Below, piece after piece: positions 48,830 to 59,722 of a DNA stretch of 64,000 bases. Source of the stretch: Octopus sinensis (taxonomy: Eukaryota); NCBI RefSeq assembly GCF_006345805.1, contig NC_043018.1, positions 22,754,001 through 22,818,000 of the forward strand. Reading direction: 5' to 3'. Under the pieces are notes generated by a model. That model did no database searches, was not told the DNA's origin, and saw only the letters and a program-made list of their open reading frames with translations. Both the position numbers and the translations under genes were made by a program. Position 1 is the stretch's first letter, and every line of letters starts with the position of its first letter.

Positions 48830-49290
48830 CCACTGTAGGCACAAGGCGCAAAACTTTTGGGGAGGTGGTCAGTCGATTAGATAGACCCCAGTAAACAACT
48901 GGTACTTAATTTATCGTTTAAGGTGGCAAGCTGGCAGAAACGTTAGCATGCCGGGCGAAATGCGTAGCCGTATTTCGTCTACCATTACGTTCTAAGCTCA
49001 AATTCCACCGAGGTCAACTTTGCCTTTCATCCTTTTGGGGTCGATAAATTAAGTACCAGTTATGCACTGGGTCGATATAATCGACTTAATCCGTTTGTCT
49101 GTCCTTGTTTGTCCACTCTGTGCTTAGCCCCTTGTGGGTAGTAAAGAAATAGGTACTTAATTTATCGACCCTGAAAGGATGAAAAGCAAAGTCAACCTCG
49201 GTGGAATTTGGACTCAGAATGTAAAGACAGACGAAGTATCGCTAAGCATTTCGCCCGCCTTGCTAATATTTTTGCCAGCTCATCGCCAAG
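48830..49290. mobile_element. Nested SINE family C copies (plus-strand copy ~48912-49155 inside a minus-strand copy)
   Basis: The minus-strand copy is split at GGTACTTAATTTATCG, which occurs on both sides of the inserted copy (about 48901 and 49152). Confidence 0.75.
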
Positions 49291-50309
49291 TATGTTCAAG
49301 AGTAGGGTCTTGGAGGAATACAATCTACTCCCTAATGAATACAAAAGGGTGTCAGAGAGATTCAAGAGGGACAAAAGAATGACTAATTGTGTAATAATAT
49401 TTTTTTTTTGTCTTTGGTCAGTAGGGATTATCTCCTATTTGCTTCTATCTAAAAATCAAAGCAAATGACTACTATCCCCTTCAAACTTTGTTTGATTCGC
49501 TTGTTGTCTTTGGCCAGTAAGGGTTGTCTCCTGTTTGCTTCTATCTAGAAACCAAAAGAAATCAATACTATTCCCTTCGAACTTTGCTTTTGTGACCTGG
49601 ACATCAATGTTGTGAAACTGACCTATTTTCCATTACATTTCAGACAGATTCAGCTCCGAGTTGCTGAAGCAGAAATAACGTTATAGCAAATATTCTGCTC
49701 AATACCACAGATTTGCTTGTCAGTTGCCTGACCTTTACCACTTGAGTAATTTCTCTTAGTGGCTGACAATATGTTCGTGATCTCTGATCATGAGCAAGTG
49801 TAGTGGAGGAGCATTACAGCCATGTGTTGAAAGGGATTCTTTTGGGTCTGAATGTAACAAAAGCAAAGTTTGAAGAAAATATTAAGCATTTTTCATATTT
49901 TCTTGGGTTAAGCAAATAGAAAATAACAGTTGCTACCCAGGGACAAAAATCATATTGCATAATGTTATTTTCCTTCTCCATTATCATCGTTGCTGTCATC
50001 ATTTAATGTCCCTTTTTCATGCCAGCATGGGTTAGATATTTGACAAGGTGATTATAAGAAACAGCAAGAGAAGATGGATTGGCTTAGCACTGGGGTGAGT
50101 TAATTACAAACAAAGATGTGGCATGGTTCCTCTCTCTTAGGAGTTTGAGGACACACAATTGTAAATAACATCACCGAGGAGATGCAAGTCAGCATGGGAG
50201 ACTAAGAAATGGAATTCACAACTGGAGAACACATACATAGGAAGGGAAAATGGGTTGGTTCAACCATCACCAGGCTGAAGCTAAACAACATATCCATACA
50301 TTAAGATTA

Positions 50310-50860
50310 ACAGAGAGAGAGAAAAGAAAGAGTGAGAGAAAGAGAGAGTGAGAGAGAGAGAGAAAGAGAAGGAGAGAGGAAGAAAAGGAGAGATGAAGAG
50401 GAGACAGAGGAAGAGGACAGAGAGGAAGAGGACAGAGAGGAAGAGGAGAGAGAGGAAGAGGAAACAGAGGAAGAGGAGACAGCGGAATAGGAGAGAGAGG
50501 AAGAGGAAACAGAGGAAGAGGAGACAGAGGAATAGGAGAGAGAGGAAGAGGAAACAGAGGAAGAGGAGAGAGAGGAAAAGAAGGAGAGAGAAGAAGAGAA
50601 GGAGGGAGGGGAAGAGAAGGAGAGAGGGGAAGAGGAGAGAGGGGAAGAGAAGGAGAGAGTGAGAGAGAGAGAGGAAGAGAAGGGGAGAGAGTGAGAGAGA
50701 GAGGAAGAGAGAGAAGGAGAGAGAGGAAGAGAAGGAGAGAGAAGGAGAGAGAGGAAGAGAAGGAGAGAGAAGAAGAGAAGGAGAGAGAGGAAGAGAAGGA
50801 GTGAGAGGAAGAGAAGGAGAGAGAGGAAGAGAATGAGAGAGAGGTAGAAAGAGGGGCCAG
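50310..50860. repeat. GA-rich tract with ~18-21-bp subunits
   Basis: GAGAGGAAGAGGA variants; explains the L/S/F-rich ORFs. Confidence 0.92.
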
Positions 50861-50876
50861 GAGAGATAGAACGTAC

Positions 50877-51111
50877 CTGCAGCAGTAGCAAAATCTCTGG
50901 TGTGTTGATGACAACGAGCTCCAATGTCAAATTTCGGGTGTATGCTGGGTACAATGTGTGAGATATTGCCCATATCTGTGGAACCACCATATCTCACCAG
51001 ACCGGAATCCTCTTCGAGGTTCAGTGTTCTGGAGTTCTTCTCAAAGAGTTCAGCAAGGGTATTGTTGGATATTAAAGACCAATAACCAGGTTGTATTAGT
51101 TTGTAGTTCAG
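50877..51111 (-). CDS. PM20D2: Peptidase M20 domain-containing protein 2-like, internal exon (235 bp)
   Basis: tttctag|CTG phase 0; LNYKLIQPGYWSLISNNTLAELFEKN...GGSTDMGNISHIVPSIHPKFDIGARCHQHTRDFATAA G|GTACGT phase 1. GSTDMGNIS and H-T-F motifs of the M20D/ACY1L2 family. Confidence 0.93.
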
Positions 51112-51187
51112 CTAGAAATACAAATGGTACAACGAAATAAAATCATATAAAATAAAAATAAAATAAAAGTACAATAAAATACACTTC

Positions 51188-51560
51188 ATGATGATGATGA
51201 TGATGATGATGATCATCATCATCATCGTTTAACGTCCGTTTTCCATGCTAGCATGGGTTGGATGGTTCAACTGGGGTCTGGGAAGCTAGTAGGCTGCGCC
51301 AGGCCCAGTCTGATCTGGCAGTGTTTCTACAGCTGGATGCCCTTCCTAATGCCAATCACTCCGTGAGTGTAGTGGGTGCTTTTTACGTGCCACCTGCACA
51401 GGTGCCAGATGAGGCTGGCAAACAGCCACGATTGGATGGTGCTTTTTACGTGCCACTGGCATGGGGGCCAGACGAGGCTGGCAACGGCCACAATCGGATG
51501 GTGCTTTTTACATGCCACCGGCACGGAGGCCAGTCGGGGTGGCGCTGGCAACGACCACAT
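51188..51560 (-). mobile_element. RTE 3' UTR (family D) with (GAT)n tail
   Basis: Colinear with 36500-36870. Confidence 0.82.
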
Positions 51561-51599
51561 TCTGTAAATTCTTTCAGCCTCCATCCATTGTCATGCTGC

Positions 51600-52070
51600 T
51601 ATAGTGCCGGTCACCTTCCATGCCTTGCCACTCTTAACAGAATCATAAAGCATGGACTGGACGTTGCAAGCTTCCCTCCTCAGCTTGAGCCAGTAAGGCT
51701 AGACCAAGGGGACAGTAAAAGGCCTGACAGCATGAGAATTTCCCCATTTCGTGGCGGTACGCCCACTCATCTGGGATGCTGCATGCTGTAGCATCTTCTC
51801 CAGCAGCAACTTGTTGTGGTCAGCTGCTGACCCAGGCTTGTCAGTTTGAGAAGAGCAAACTGTCAACGCATCAGCTGCTCTCTGGGAGAAGTTTACGGTC
51901 GAGCCTGTGACGGTGGAGGACATCCAGTGCTCTCGGCCCTTGGACCACATCCCTGTTCACTACTATCAGGGTGGAGATGGTTACCTGCAAGTGTGAGCCA
52001 CAGGAGTCAGGGTGACTTCCAATGCATCTCCTTTGCCAAGCTCCTGGGCAATGCCTTTGCCAATTTTGCC
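51600..52070 (+). mobile_element. CRE-like non-LTR retrotransposon RLE domain remnant
   Basis: SAGHLP...LNRIIKHGLDVASFPPQLEPVRLDQGDSKRPDSMRISPFRGG, then LIWDAACCSIFSSSNL, EPVTVE-TSSALGP and FQCISFAKLLGNAFA across frameshifts and stops. Confidence 0.8.
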
Positions 52071-52204
52071 CACTGGGACCATAAAGTGAGCAATAACATG
52101 ACTAAGAATTGACATGGTACTAAAAAAAGGAGAAACCTACATGTGGAACGGTACACAAGAACCAGGAAATGGTGAACAGGTAGAGTTCAACCTGAGAGCT
52201 GACG

Positions 52205-52920
52205 ACGCATACGACAATGATAACAACACCGATGATGATATTGACAACAATGATGATGATGAAGGCAATGATAACAACATGATGATGATGATGATCACAA
52301 TAACAATCATGATGATAATGACAATGGTGGCGGTGGCGACAACGATGATAATGACAATGATGAAGACGATGACAATGGTGACGATGATTATGATGATGAT
52401 GGTGATGATGATGATGATGATGATGATAATGATGATGATAATGATGATGATGATAATGATGATAATAATGATGATGATGATGATGGTGATGATGATGGTG
52501 ATGATGATGATAATGATGATGATGATGGTGATGATGATGATGGTGATGATGATGATGATGAGGATGATGATGATGATGATGATGGTGATGATGATGGTGA
52601 TGATGATGATAATGATGATGATGATGAGGATGATGATGATGATGGTGATGATGATGATGATGAGGATGATGATGATGATGATGATGGTGATGATGATGGT
52701 GATGATGATGGTGATGATGATGGTGATGATGATGATAATGATGATGATGATGAGGATGATGATGATGATGGTGATGATGATGATGATGATGGTAGTCATG
52801 AGGATGATAAGGCAACAAAGATGATGAGATAACAAGACGCTAACGACAATGAAACTGATGGTGACAATATGTGACAACAATAATAACGGCAATGATGATG
52901 ATGATGATGATGATGATGTC
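52205..52920. repeat. (GAT)n expansion with GGT/AAT/GAG variants
   Basis: About 700 bp; explains the poly-M/H/I ORFs. Confidence 0.97.
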
Positions 52921-52983
52921 AACAATACTATAACATGACAAAATAATGAACAATTTTAAGGGGTTTTTTTGGTGCCAACTCAC

Positions 52984-53138
52984 AGTGCAGCCTGTTGCAG
53001 TGGCAGCTCCTTTTGCGCAGCAGATAACTTTGTCCACAATCGAATCGAGTTCCCCTTTGATCGGTGCACGAATGAAATATTCCATTTCTGAAAATTCTGG
53101 AATAATATTTGGAGCAATTCCACCATTCTTAATAATCC
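52984..53138 (-). CDS. PM20D2: Peptidase M20 domain-containing protein 2-like, internal exon (155 bp)
   Basis: ttttccag|GG phase 1; (G)IIKNGGIAPNIIPEFSEMEYFIRAPIKGELDSIVDKVICCAKGAATATGCT|GTGAGT phase 0. Confidence 0.95.
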
Positions 53139-53157
53139 CTGGAAAAGACAAAAATAC

Positions 53158-53188
<31 letters not shown>

Positions 53189-53282
53189 ACATTGAAAATT
53201 TTTACAGTGTGGTTAAGAGAACTGCTCAGCAACCATATGGTTGTAGGTTCAGTCCCAATGCACAGCACTTTGGGCAAGAGCC

Positions 53283-53930
53283 TTCTACAAGGGCTCTGGG
53301 CTGACCAATGCATCGGGAGTGGTTTTGGTAGATGGAAACTGTGTGGAATCCCTTTGTGTGTGTATATGTGAGTGTGCGCATGTGTATTTATTCTACAAGG
53401 GCTTTGGGCCGACCAATGCATCGGGAGTAGTTTTGGTAGATGGAAACTGTGTGGAATCCCTTTGTGTGCGTATATGTGAGTGTGCGCATGTGTATTTATT
53501 CTACAAGGGCTTTGGGCCGACCAATGCATCGGGAGTAGTTTTGGTAGATGGAAACTGTGTGGAATCCCTTTGTGTGTGTATATGTGAGTGTGCGCATGTG
53601 TATTTATTCTACAAGGGCTTTGGGCCGACCAATGCATCGGGAGTGGTTTTGGTAGATGGAAACTGTGTGGAATCCCTTTGTGTGTGTATATGTGAGTGAG
53701 CGCATGTGTATTTATTCTACAAGGGCTTTGGGCCGACCAATGCATCGGGAGTGGTTTTGGTAGATGGAAACTGTGTGGAATCCCTTTGTGTGTGTATATG
53801 TGAGTGTGCGCATGTGTATTTATTCTACAAGGGCTTTGGGCCGACCAATGCATCGGGAGTAGTTTTGGTAGATGGAAACTGTGTGGAATCCCTTTGTGTG
53901 TGTATATGTGAGTGTGCGCATGTGTATTTA
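53283..53930 (+). repeat. 108-bp tandem repeat x6 amplified from inside a SINE family A copy (head at ~53205)
   Basis: TTCTACAAGGGCT at 53283, 53391, 53499, 53607, 53715 and 53823; SINE head precedes it and SINE tail sequence follows at 53940. Confidence 0.95.
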
Positions 53931-53971
53931 TTTTTTCCACCAGTGTTGGTTTGTTTACATCTCCATAACTT

Positions 53972-54296
53972 AGTGGTCCATCTTCAGCAATGGACCCCTT
54001 TGATTTCTGTGATACTTAGGTGGGCCCACATACCTATTCAAAGTTTTTAAAAATCCTATTATATTTTTATCCTCAAATATTATTAGGAATTGTATAAACA
54101 AAAATCGTTGGAATATTTTGTGTATTATAGGAGTACAATCAATTTACTGGAGATGAATTTTAACAAAAAAACCTTATATGGACCCTGATCGAGAACCATT
54201 GGTTGAAAGCAGAGGTTCTCAACCATTCTTTTTACCTAAGGACCCCTCTGATTACTATTTTATTCTGGTGGACCCTCTCCCATTGCCATTTGATAT
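53972..54296 (+). mobile_element. Two degenerate hAT-like MITE pieces
   Basis: CAGAGGTTCTCAACC at ~54210 and GGACCCTGATCGAGAACCATTG at ~54180 resemble hAT termini; TSD not resolved. Confidence 0.5.
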
Positions 54297-54300
54297 TTAA

Positions 54301-54520
54301 CCCTTTTGTTACCAACCCGGGTGAAACCAGCTCAGGGTCTGAGTACAAATGTCTTGTTTTCATAAGTTTTGAATTAAAATCTTCCACCAAACCTTAGTCA
54401 CAATTTATGTTCCTAACACTAGCTTAATGATAATTGAGTTATTTTACTAAATTCTTTGTTATATTTAAAGTAATTGAAAGAAATACAGAGCATCTCAAAA
54501 TAAATACAGTAACGAAAGGG
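54301..54520. mobile_element. piggyBac-like MITE, second family (220 bp)
   Basis: TTAA|CCCTTTTGTTAC...GTAACGAAAGGG|TTAA. Confidence 0.88.
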
Positions 54521-54539
54521 TTAAAGACTAGTTTTATAG

Positions 54540-54862
54540 AAGCTCCTTTCAAGCACTGGGCCTCATGGAGGCAATGACTGAGTCCTTTGGCATTATGTCG
54601 TCTTTGAGAAGAAGATCCATCAAGCCGAGCAAACTCAGTCGTGGCTGGTACTGGTGTCATGCAAATGGCACCCCCGTGTCGGTGGCACATAAAAGCACCC
54701 ATTGTACTCTCAGAGTGGTTGGCATTAGGAAGAGCATTAGGAAAATCATGCCAAATCAGACTGGGGTCTGGTGCAGGCTTCCAGCTTACCAGCCCTGGTC
54801 AAACCGTCCAACCCATCCCAGCAAGGACAACGGACGTTAAATGATAATGATGATGATGATGT
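54540..54862 (+). mobile_element. RTE 3' end / family D
   Basis: Colinear with 38215-38560; (GAT)n tail. Confidence 0.75.
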
Positions 54863-55636
54863 ACATATGTATGTATTTGTGTGTCTGTGTTTGTTCCCCC
54901 CATCATTGCTTGACAACTGATGTTGGTGTGTTAGTATCCCTGTACATTAGCAGTTCAGCAAAGGAGACCAATAGAATAAGTACCAGGCTTACAATGAATA
55001 AGACCTGGGTTCGATTTATTTGACTAAAGACGGAGCTCCAGCATGGCCAGTCAAATGACTGAAACAAGTAAAAAAAATTAGTATATCCTACCTACCTACA
55101 TTATATATGAATGTGTGACGTGTGTGTGTGTATCATTATTATCATCATCATTGCTTAACGTCTGTTTCCCATGCTGGCATGGGTTGGACAATTCGACTGG
55201 TGTCTGGGAAGCCAGGAGGCTGCACCAGAACCCAATCTGATCTGGCAGTGCTTCTACAGCTGGATGCCCTTCCTAACACCAACCACTCTGAGAGTGTAGG
55301 GGATGCTCTTTACGTGCCACCAGCACAGGAGCCAGTCAAGGCAGGTGTGTACATATATATATATATACATACACACACACGCCATGCCGATGACACATAA
55401 AAAGCACCAACCGATCGTGGCTGTAGCCAGTCTGCCCTGGCACCTGTGCCAGTGGCACGTAAAAAGCACCCACTACACTAGCATGGAAAACGGACGTTAA
55501 ACGAAGATGATGATGATGATGACACACATACATATATATATGTATGCATATGTGTATATATGTATATGAGTATGTATGTACATGTGTGTATATATATATA
55601 TAGGGCCGTACAAAGGTATAGAAATGTTATCCTCAC

Positions 55637-55779
55637 CGTGGACTCTCCATGTTGGCTTCATCTGCTGTCGTAAACAAGAAATGTTTTGGTAGCAAAGAAC
55701 GGCAGCATCCAAAGCATTGATGCCATTCCAGGGGGCGCTAGAGGCATGGGATGCTTTGCCCGTGAACTGGATATTCAAC
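55637..55779 (-). CDS. PM20D2: Peptidase M20 domain-containing protein 2-like, internal exon (143 bp)
   Basis: ttgctag|G phase 2; [48 protein letters not shown]|GTGAGG phase 1; start of the M20 dimerisation domain. Confidence 0.96.
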
Positions 55780-56687
55780 CTAGCAAATGGAGAAGAGTTG
55801 GGAGGTTAGTACATGGACAGTCTGAATAACAGAGTCGGCAGAGCATCGGACAAAAACTGAATCAACACCAGCATTCTTGCCAAACTTGTACCCTGGAAAA
55901 AAAATCCTCACTACTGCTACTGCTATGACTATTACCACCACCACCATGATGATGACAACGATGGTGATGATGATGACGATGGTGATGATGATGACGATGG
56001 TGATGATGCTGAAAGAGATGATGAGGAGGAGAAGAAGGAAGAGCAGGAGGATGGTGATGATGGGGATGGTAATGATCTTGGTGAGGATAAGGATGATGAC
56101 GATGATGATGATGACAATGACGCCAACAATGATGACAATGGCAATGATGGTGATGATGATGATGATGACGGTGAGGATTTTATTTCTAAATTTTGAAGAG
56201 AATTGTCAATTTAATCAATTGCAGTTCTCAGTACTCGACTGTTACTTACATATTCGACCCTGGAGGAATGAAAGGCCAAGTCAACTGCTGACAGGATTTG
56301 AACTCAGAACATGAAAGAAACATAACTAAACACTGTGAAACATTTTATTCTGAGTTCAAATTCCACCAAGGTTACCTCTGTCTTTTGTCCTTTTGATAAA
56401 TTAAATACCAGTTCGTTTAAGAAAGGCAGTGATCTGGCAGAAGCATGAGCACATGGGGCAAGATGCTCTGTGGAATTTCGTCTGGCTCTTTACGTTCTGA
56501 GTTCAAACCCCATAGGAGCTAACTTTGCATGTCATCCTTTCAATAAAGTAGGTACCAATTCATTTAAGAAAGGGGTCGAGCTGGCAGAATTGTTAGCACA
56601 CTGGGTAAAACGCTCAGCAGAATTTTAGCCATTTTTACACTCTGAGTTCAAATATTGTTGAGTTCAATTTTGTCTGTTTGATAAAGC

Positions 56688-57295
56688 AAATAGAGAAAAG
56701 GAAACTAGACATAGTGTTAATTGAGAAAGAAAGCAAACGATGATGGATCATAGATACAGCATGCCCAGCTGACAACAAGGTATGCAATGAGGGAGAGAGA
56801 AAAGTCGATAGATATGACAGGTTAGCTTGGGAGGTTAAGCAGTTGGGAGTCGCTGAAAAAGGTGGTAGTAATACAAATAGAAAAGGAAACTAGACATAGT
56901 GTTAATTGAGAAAGAAAGCAAACGATGATGGATCATAGATATAGCATGCCCAGCTGACAAGGTATGCGATGAGGGAGAGAGAAAAGTCGATAGATATGAC
57001 AGGTTAGCTTGGGAGGTTAAGCAGTTGGGAGTCACCGAAAAAGGTGGTAGTAATACCAATAATTGTCGGAGCCCTAGGAACAGTAAAAATCTTGAGAAGA
57101 ATATGGAACAAATAGGGGCTGCAATAAGGGTGGAGCACTTGCAGGAAACAGCACTGCTTGGAACTGCTCAAATATTCCAGATGGTTCTCAGAAAATAAGG
57201 GGTTACCTTAGTTCACTGGTAGTGAACAGCTGGCACCGTAGTACATCTCCAGCATTAGAAGCTGTGCAAAGACAAGGAAATAATAATAATATTAA
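56688..57295 (+). mobile_element. Dong/R4-like non-LTR retrotransposon 3' end (RLE domain) with ~185-bp internal tandem duplication
   Basis: RKLDIVLIEKESKR*WIIDTACPAD...KVDRYDRLAWEVKQL, KKVVVIPIIVGALGTV, HLQETALLGTAQIFQMVLRK* (stop 57196-57198), short UTR, then (TAA)n; GAAACTAGAC at 56701 and 56886. Confidence 0.85.
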
Positions 57296-57299
57296 TAAT

Positions 57300-57670
57300 A
57301 ATCCTTTCTACTGAAGACACAAGGCCTGAAATTTTGTGGGGAGGGGGATAGTCGAATACATCGCTCCCAGTGTTTCACTGGTACTTAATTTATCAACCCC
57401 AAAAGGATGAAAGGCAAAGTCAACCTCAGTGGAATTTGAACACAGAACATAGCAATAATAATAAGGGTTTCAAATTTTTGCCACAAGGGCAGCAATTTTG
57501 GGGGAGGGGATGAGTCAATTACATTGACCCCAGTGTTACAACTGGTACTTATTTTATTGACCCCGGAAAGATGAAAGTCAAAGTTGACCTCGGCAGAATT
57601 TGAACTCGGAACATAGCGATGGGTGAAATATCGCTAAGCATTTCGTCCAGCGTGCTAACGAGTCTGCCAA
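57300..57670 (-). mobile_element. Two stacked SINE family C copies
   Basis: GAATTTGAAC cores at ~57432 and ~57596, separated by (TAA)n. Confidence 0.82.
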
Positions 57671-57755
57671 GTAGCAAAACCATAAATCCATAAACCCATA
57701 CACACAAAACCTAAAATCAGTGACAATAGAAAAACATAAAATTTGCTTTATTTAC

Positions 57756-57904
57756 CCTTGAAGACATAAATATTTGGGTCGCCAAATTGACTTGTTTGAA
57801 GGGTGGGCCATCATAGCAACATCAACAGTTTCTAAAGCTCCAGCATCAATTAACTTCACTTTACCACCAAGGCCTTCCTCAGCCGGTGTGCCAAGTACCG
57901 TCAG
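57756..57904 (-). CDS. PM20D2: Peptidase M20 domain-containing protein 2-like, internal exon (149 bp)
   Basis: gtattttag|CTG phase 0; LTVLGTPAEEGLGGKVKLIDAGALETVDVAMMAHPSNKSIWRPKYLCLQ GG|GTAAAT phase 2; carries the catalytic/metal-binding PAEE and MAHP motifs. Confidence 0.96.
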
Positions 57905-57929
57905 CTAAAATACAGAAACACAAAATATA

Positions 57930-58214
57930 TACATTATTTACATTTGACGGATATTTGTCCACATCTTCTTTGTTGTTCACACATTTCGGCTGATATCCCT
58001 TCCAGCCCTCATCAGGTGTCTTGGGGAAATTTCGAACCTGGGTTCTCATTCCTAAGGTATTTTTCTATGTTATTATTATTATTACTATTACTATTATTAT
58101 TATTATTATTATTCAGGTCACTGCTTGGAATTGAACTCAGAATCTTGGGATTAAGAGTGCGGACTACTATCCGCAAGATTCCAATTTCAATTCCAATCAG
58201 TGACCTGAATAATG

Positions 58215-58254
<40 letters not shown>

Positions 58255-58374
58255 CAACAACAACAATAACATCGAAAAATACCTTAGGAATGAGAACCCA
58301 GGTTCAAAATTTCCCCAAGGCACCTAATAACAACAATCAAGATGAGGACAAATATGTCAAATGTAAATAATGTA
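57930..58374. mobile_element. Penelope-type fold-back (inverted terminal fragments) with (ATT)n/(AAT)n arms
   Basis: 57930-58146 vs 58174-58374 are reverse complements except that the hammerhead core is missing from the right arm. Confidence 0.8.
57975..58020 (-). ncRNA. Hammerhead-like motif with canonical CUGAUGA core and damaged cleavage site
   Basis: Minus: GACAC CUGAUGA G GGCUG-GAAGGGAUAU-CAGCC GAAA UGU GUG AAC; perfect 5-bp stem II, stem III/stem I 3' strand mutated. Confidence 0.65.
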
Positions 58375-59061
58375 CATAATTCCTCATCTCTTAAATATAG
58401 AACTGCACAAAATATATTCACAGATGAAATGTCTGAAATAAGTTGCTGTAAATAAGATTATAAGTTTGCACATTGTTAACCTCATCTTCAGGGTGTATAA
58501 TAATACCACTTACATCAACACCATGTGTCTATTGTATATAAAATACTTACTTTATACTTCACCTGGTGTGGATTGGGCCAGCTCCAACCATCCAACCAAT
58601 GAGTTCCCCATGTCCCTCATGAATACTGACCACATTCAACAAAAAATCCAGCTTGCAAATTTGTCAAATGACCCCTGGGAGAGCAAGTACATCAGATAGT
58701 GTGGACACTGTAGCCGTAGTCATCCTTTGCTGTTGAAGTGTAGAGTTCATGGTCGGAGTTTCAGTGGAAACTGAAATTCACATGTGGTCCCCGGTTACAT
58801 GCATACACACTTTGGTGAAGTGTGAGCCATAGCAGCTCATCTTGCTGTCAATTGCTGACCATCGTAGAGGATTTGCTGACCAAGTCGCTGCCAATTATCA
58901 GAGCTGACATAACCTGGGTTTTAAGCGGGTTCTAGAGACATGCTTTAACAAAAGCTAAGGGGTGCCTCACTCCCAGTGGTTGTCCAGCACACCAGACACC
59001 AACCCAGAATTTCTGAGGGACCATGTTTTAGCAAGATAGTCATTAAACCTACACTACGCTC

Positions 59062-59250
59062 ATCATCATCATCATTTAACGTCTGTTTTCCATGCTGGTA
59101 TGGGTTGGATGGAGTGACCAGAGCTGGCAAGCTGGGTATCTGTACCAGGCTCCAATCTGATCTGGCAAGATTTCTACAGCTGGATGCCCTTCCTAATGCC
59201 AACTGCTTTATAGAGTGTGCTGGGTGCTTCTACGTGTCACCGCACTGGTC
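59062..59250 (-). mobile_element. RTE 3' UTR fragment (family D)
   Basis: (CAT)n TTAACGTCTGTTTTCCATGCTGG...GGATGCCCTTCCTAATGCCAAC. Confidence 0.8.
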
Positions 59251-59319
59251 AATCTGTCATCTGTCCTAATATGTGTCGATATGTAGATGTTGTTTATATA
59301 ATTAAGCAGAAGAACAGTA

Positions 59320-59722
59320 ACCCATAAAATTATTAACCATCTTACAAACAATAACTCTGAGCACCTTTTCAAACTCCACCCGTCTAACACCCGTGGACAT
59401 ATTTACAACGTCAGAAAACAGCACAGCTCCCATGACTTTAGGAAACATTTTTTTACGCTGAGAGTTGCTGAAGCATGGGACAAACTGCCGGCATCAGTTG
59501 TTAGTTGTCAGAGCACTGCATCCTTCAAAACTTCCATGCTTTCTGAGATTCGCCAACACTACACCTGATTTTCTCCCCTCCATACACACACAAGCATGTA
59601 TCTGACTCATACATTGTTCACTTTCCAGACATTTGTACATTACTGCATATACTCTATACACACTTTCTGACAAGTTGTGGTGCACCTGAGCACTGTATAC
59701 AAGAATTTCATTATATTATATT
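59320..59722 (+). mobile_element. CR1-type LINE 3' end
   Basis: THKIINHLTNNNSEHLFKLHPSNTRGHIYNVRKQHSSHDFRKHFFTLRVAEAWDKLPASVVSC...RQHYT*, then UTR and ATT tail. Confidence 0.88.

Noticed and set aside
50267-50990. Leu/Ser-rich and Arg/Lys-rich ORFs; extension of the PM20D2 frame through the GA tract
   Set aside because: GA-rich low complexity; the true exon ends at the GTACGT donor at 50876.
52114-52925. Poly-Met/His/Ile ORFs (also 26663-26935, 32639-33263, 55877-56314)
   Set aside because: Trinucleotide expansions with no splice or domain support.
58560-59040. Moderately GC-rich non-repetitive stretch, possible exon or LTR fragment
   Set aside because: No recognisable motif in any frame; left unannotated.
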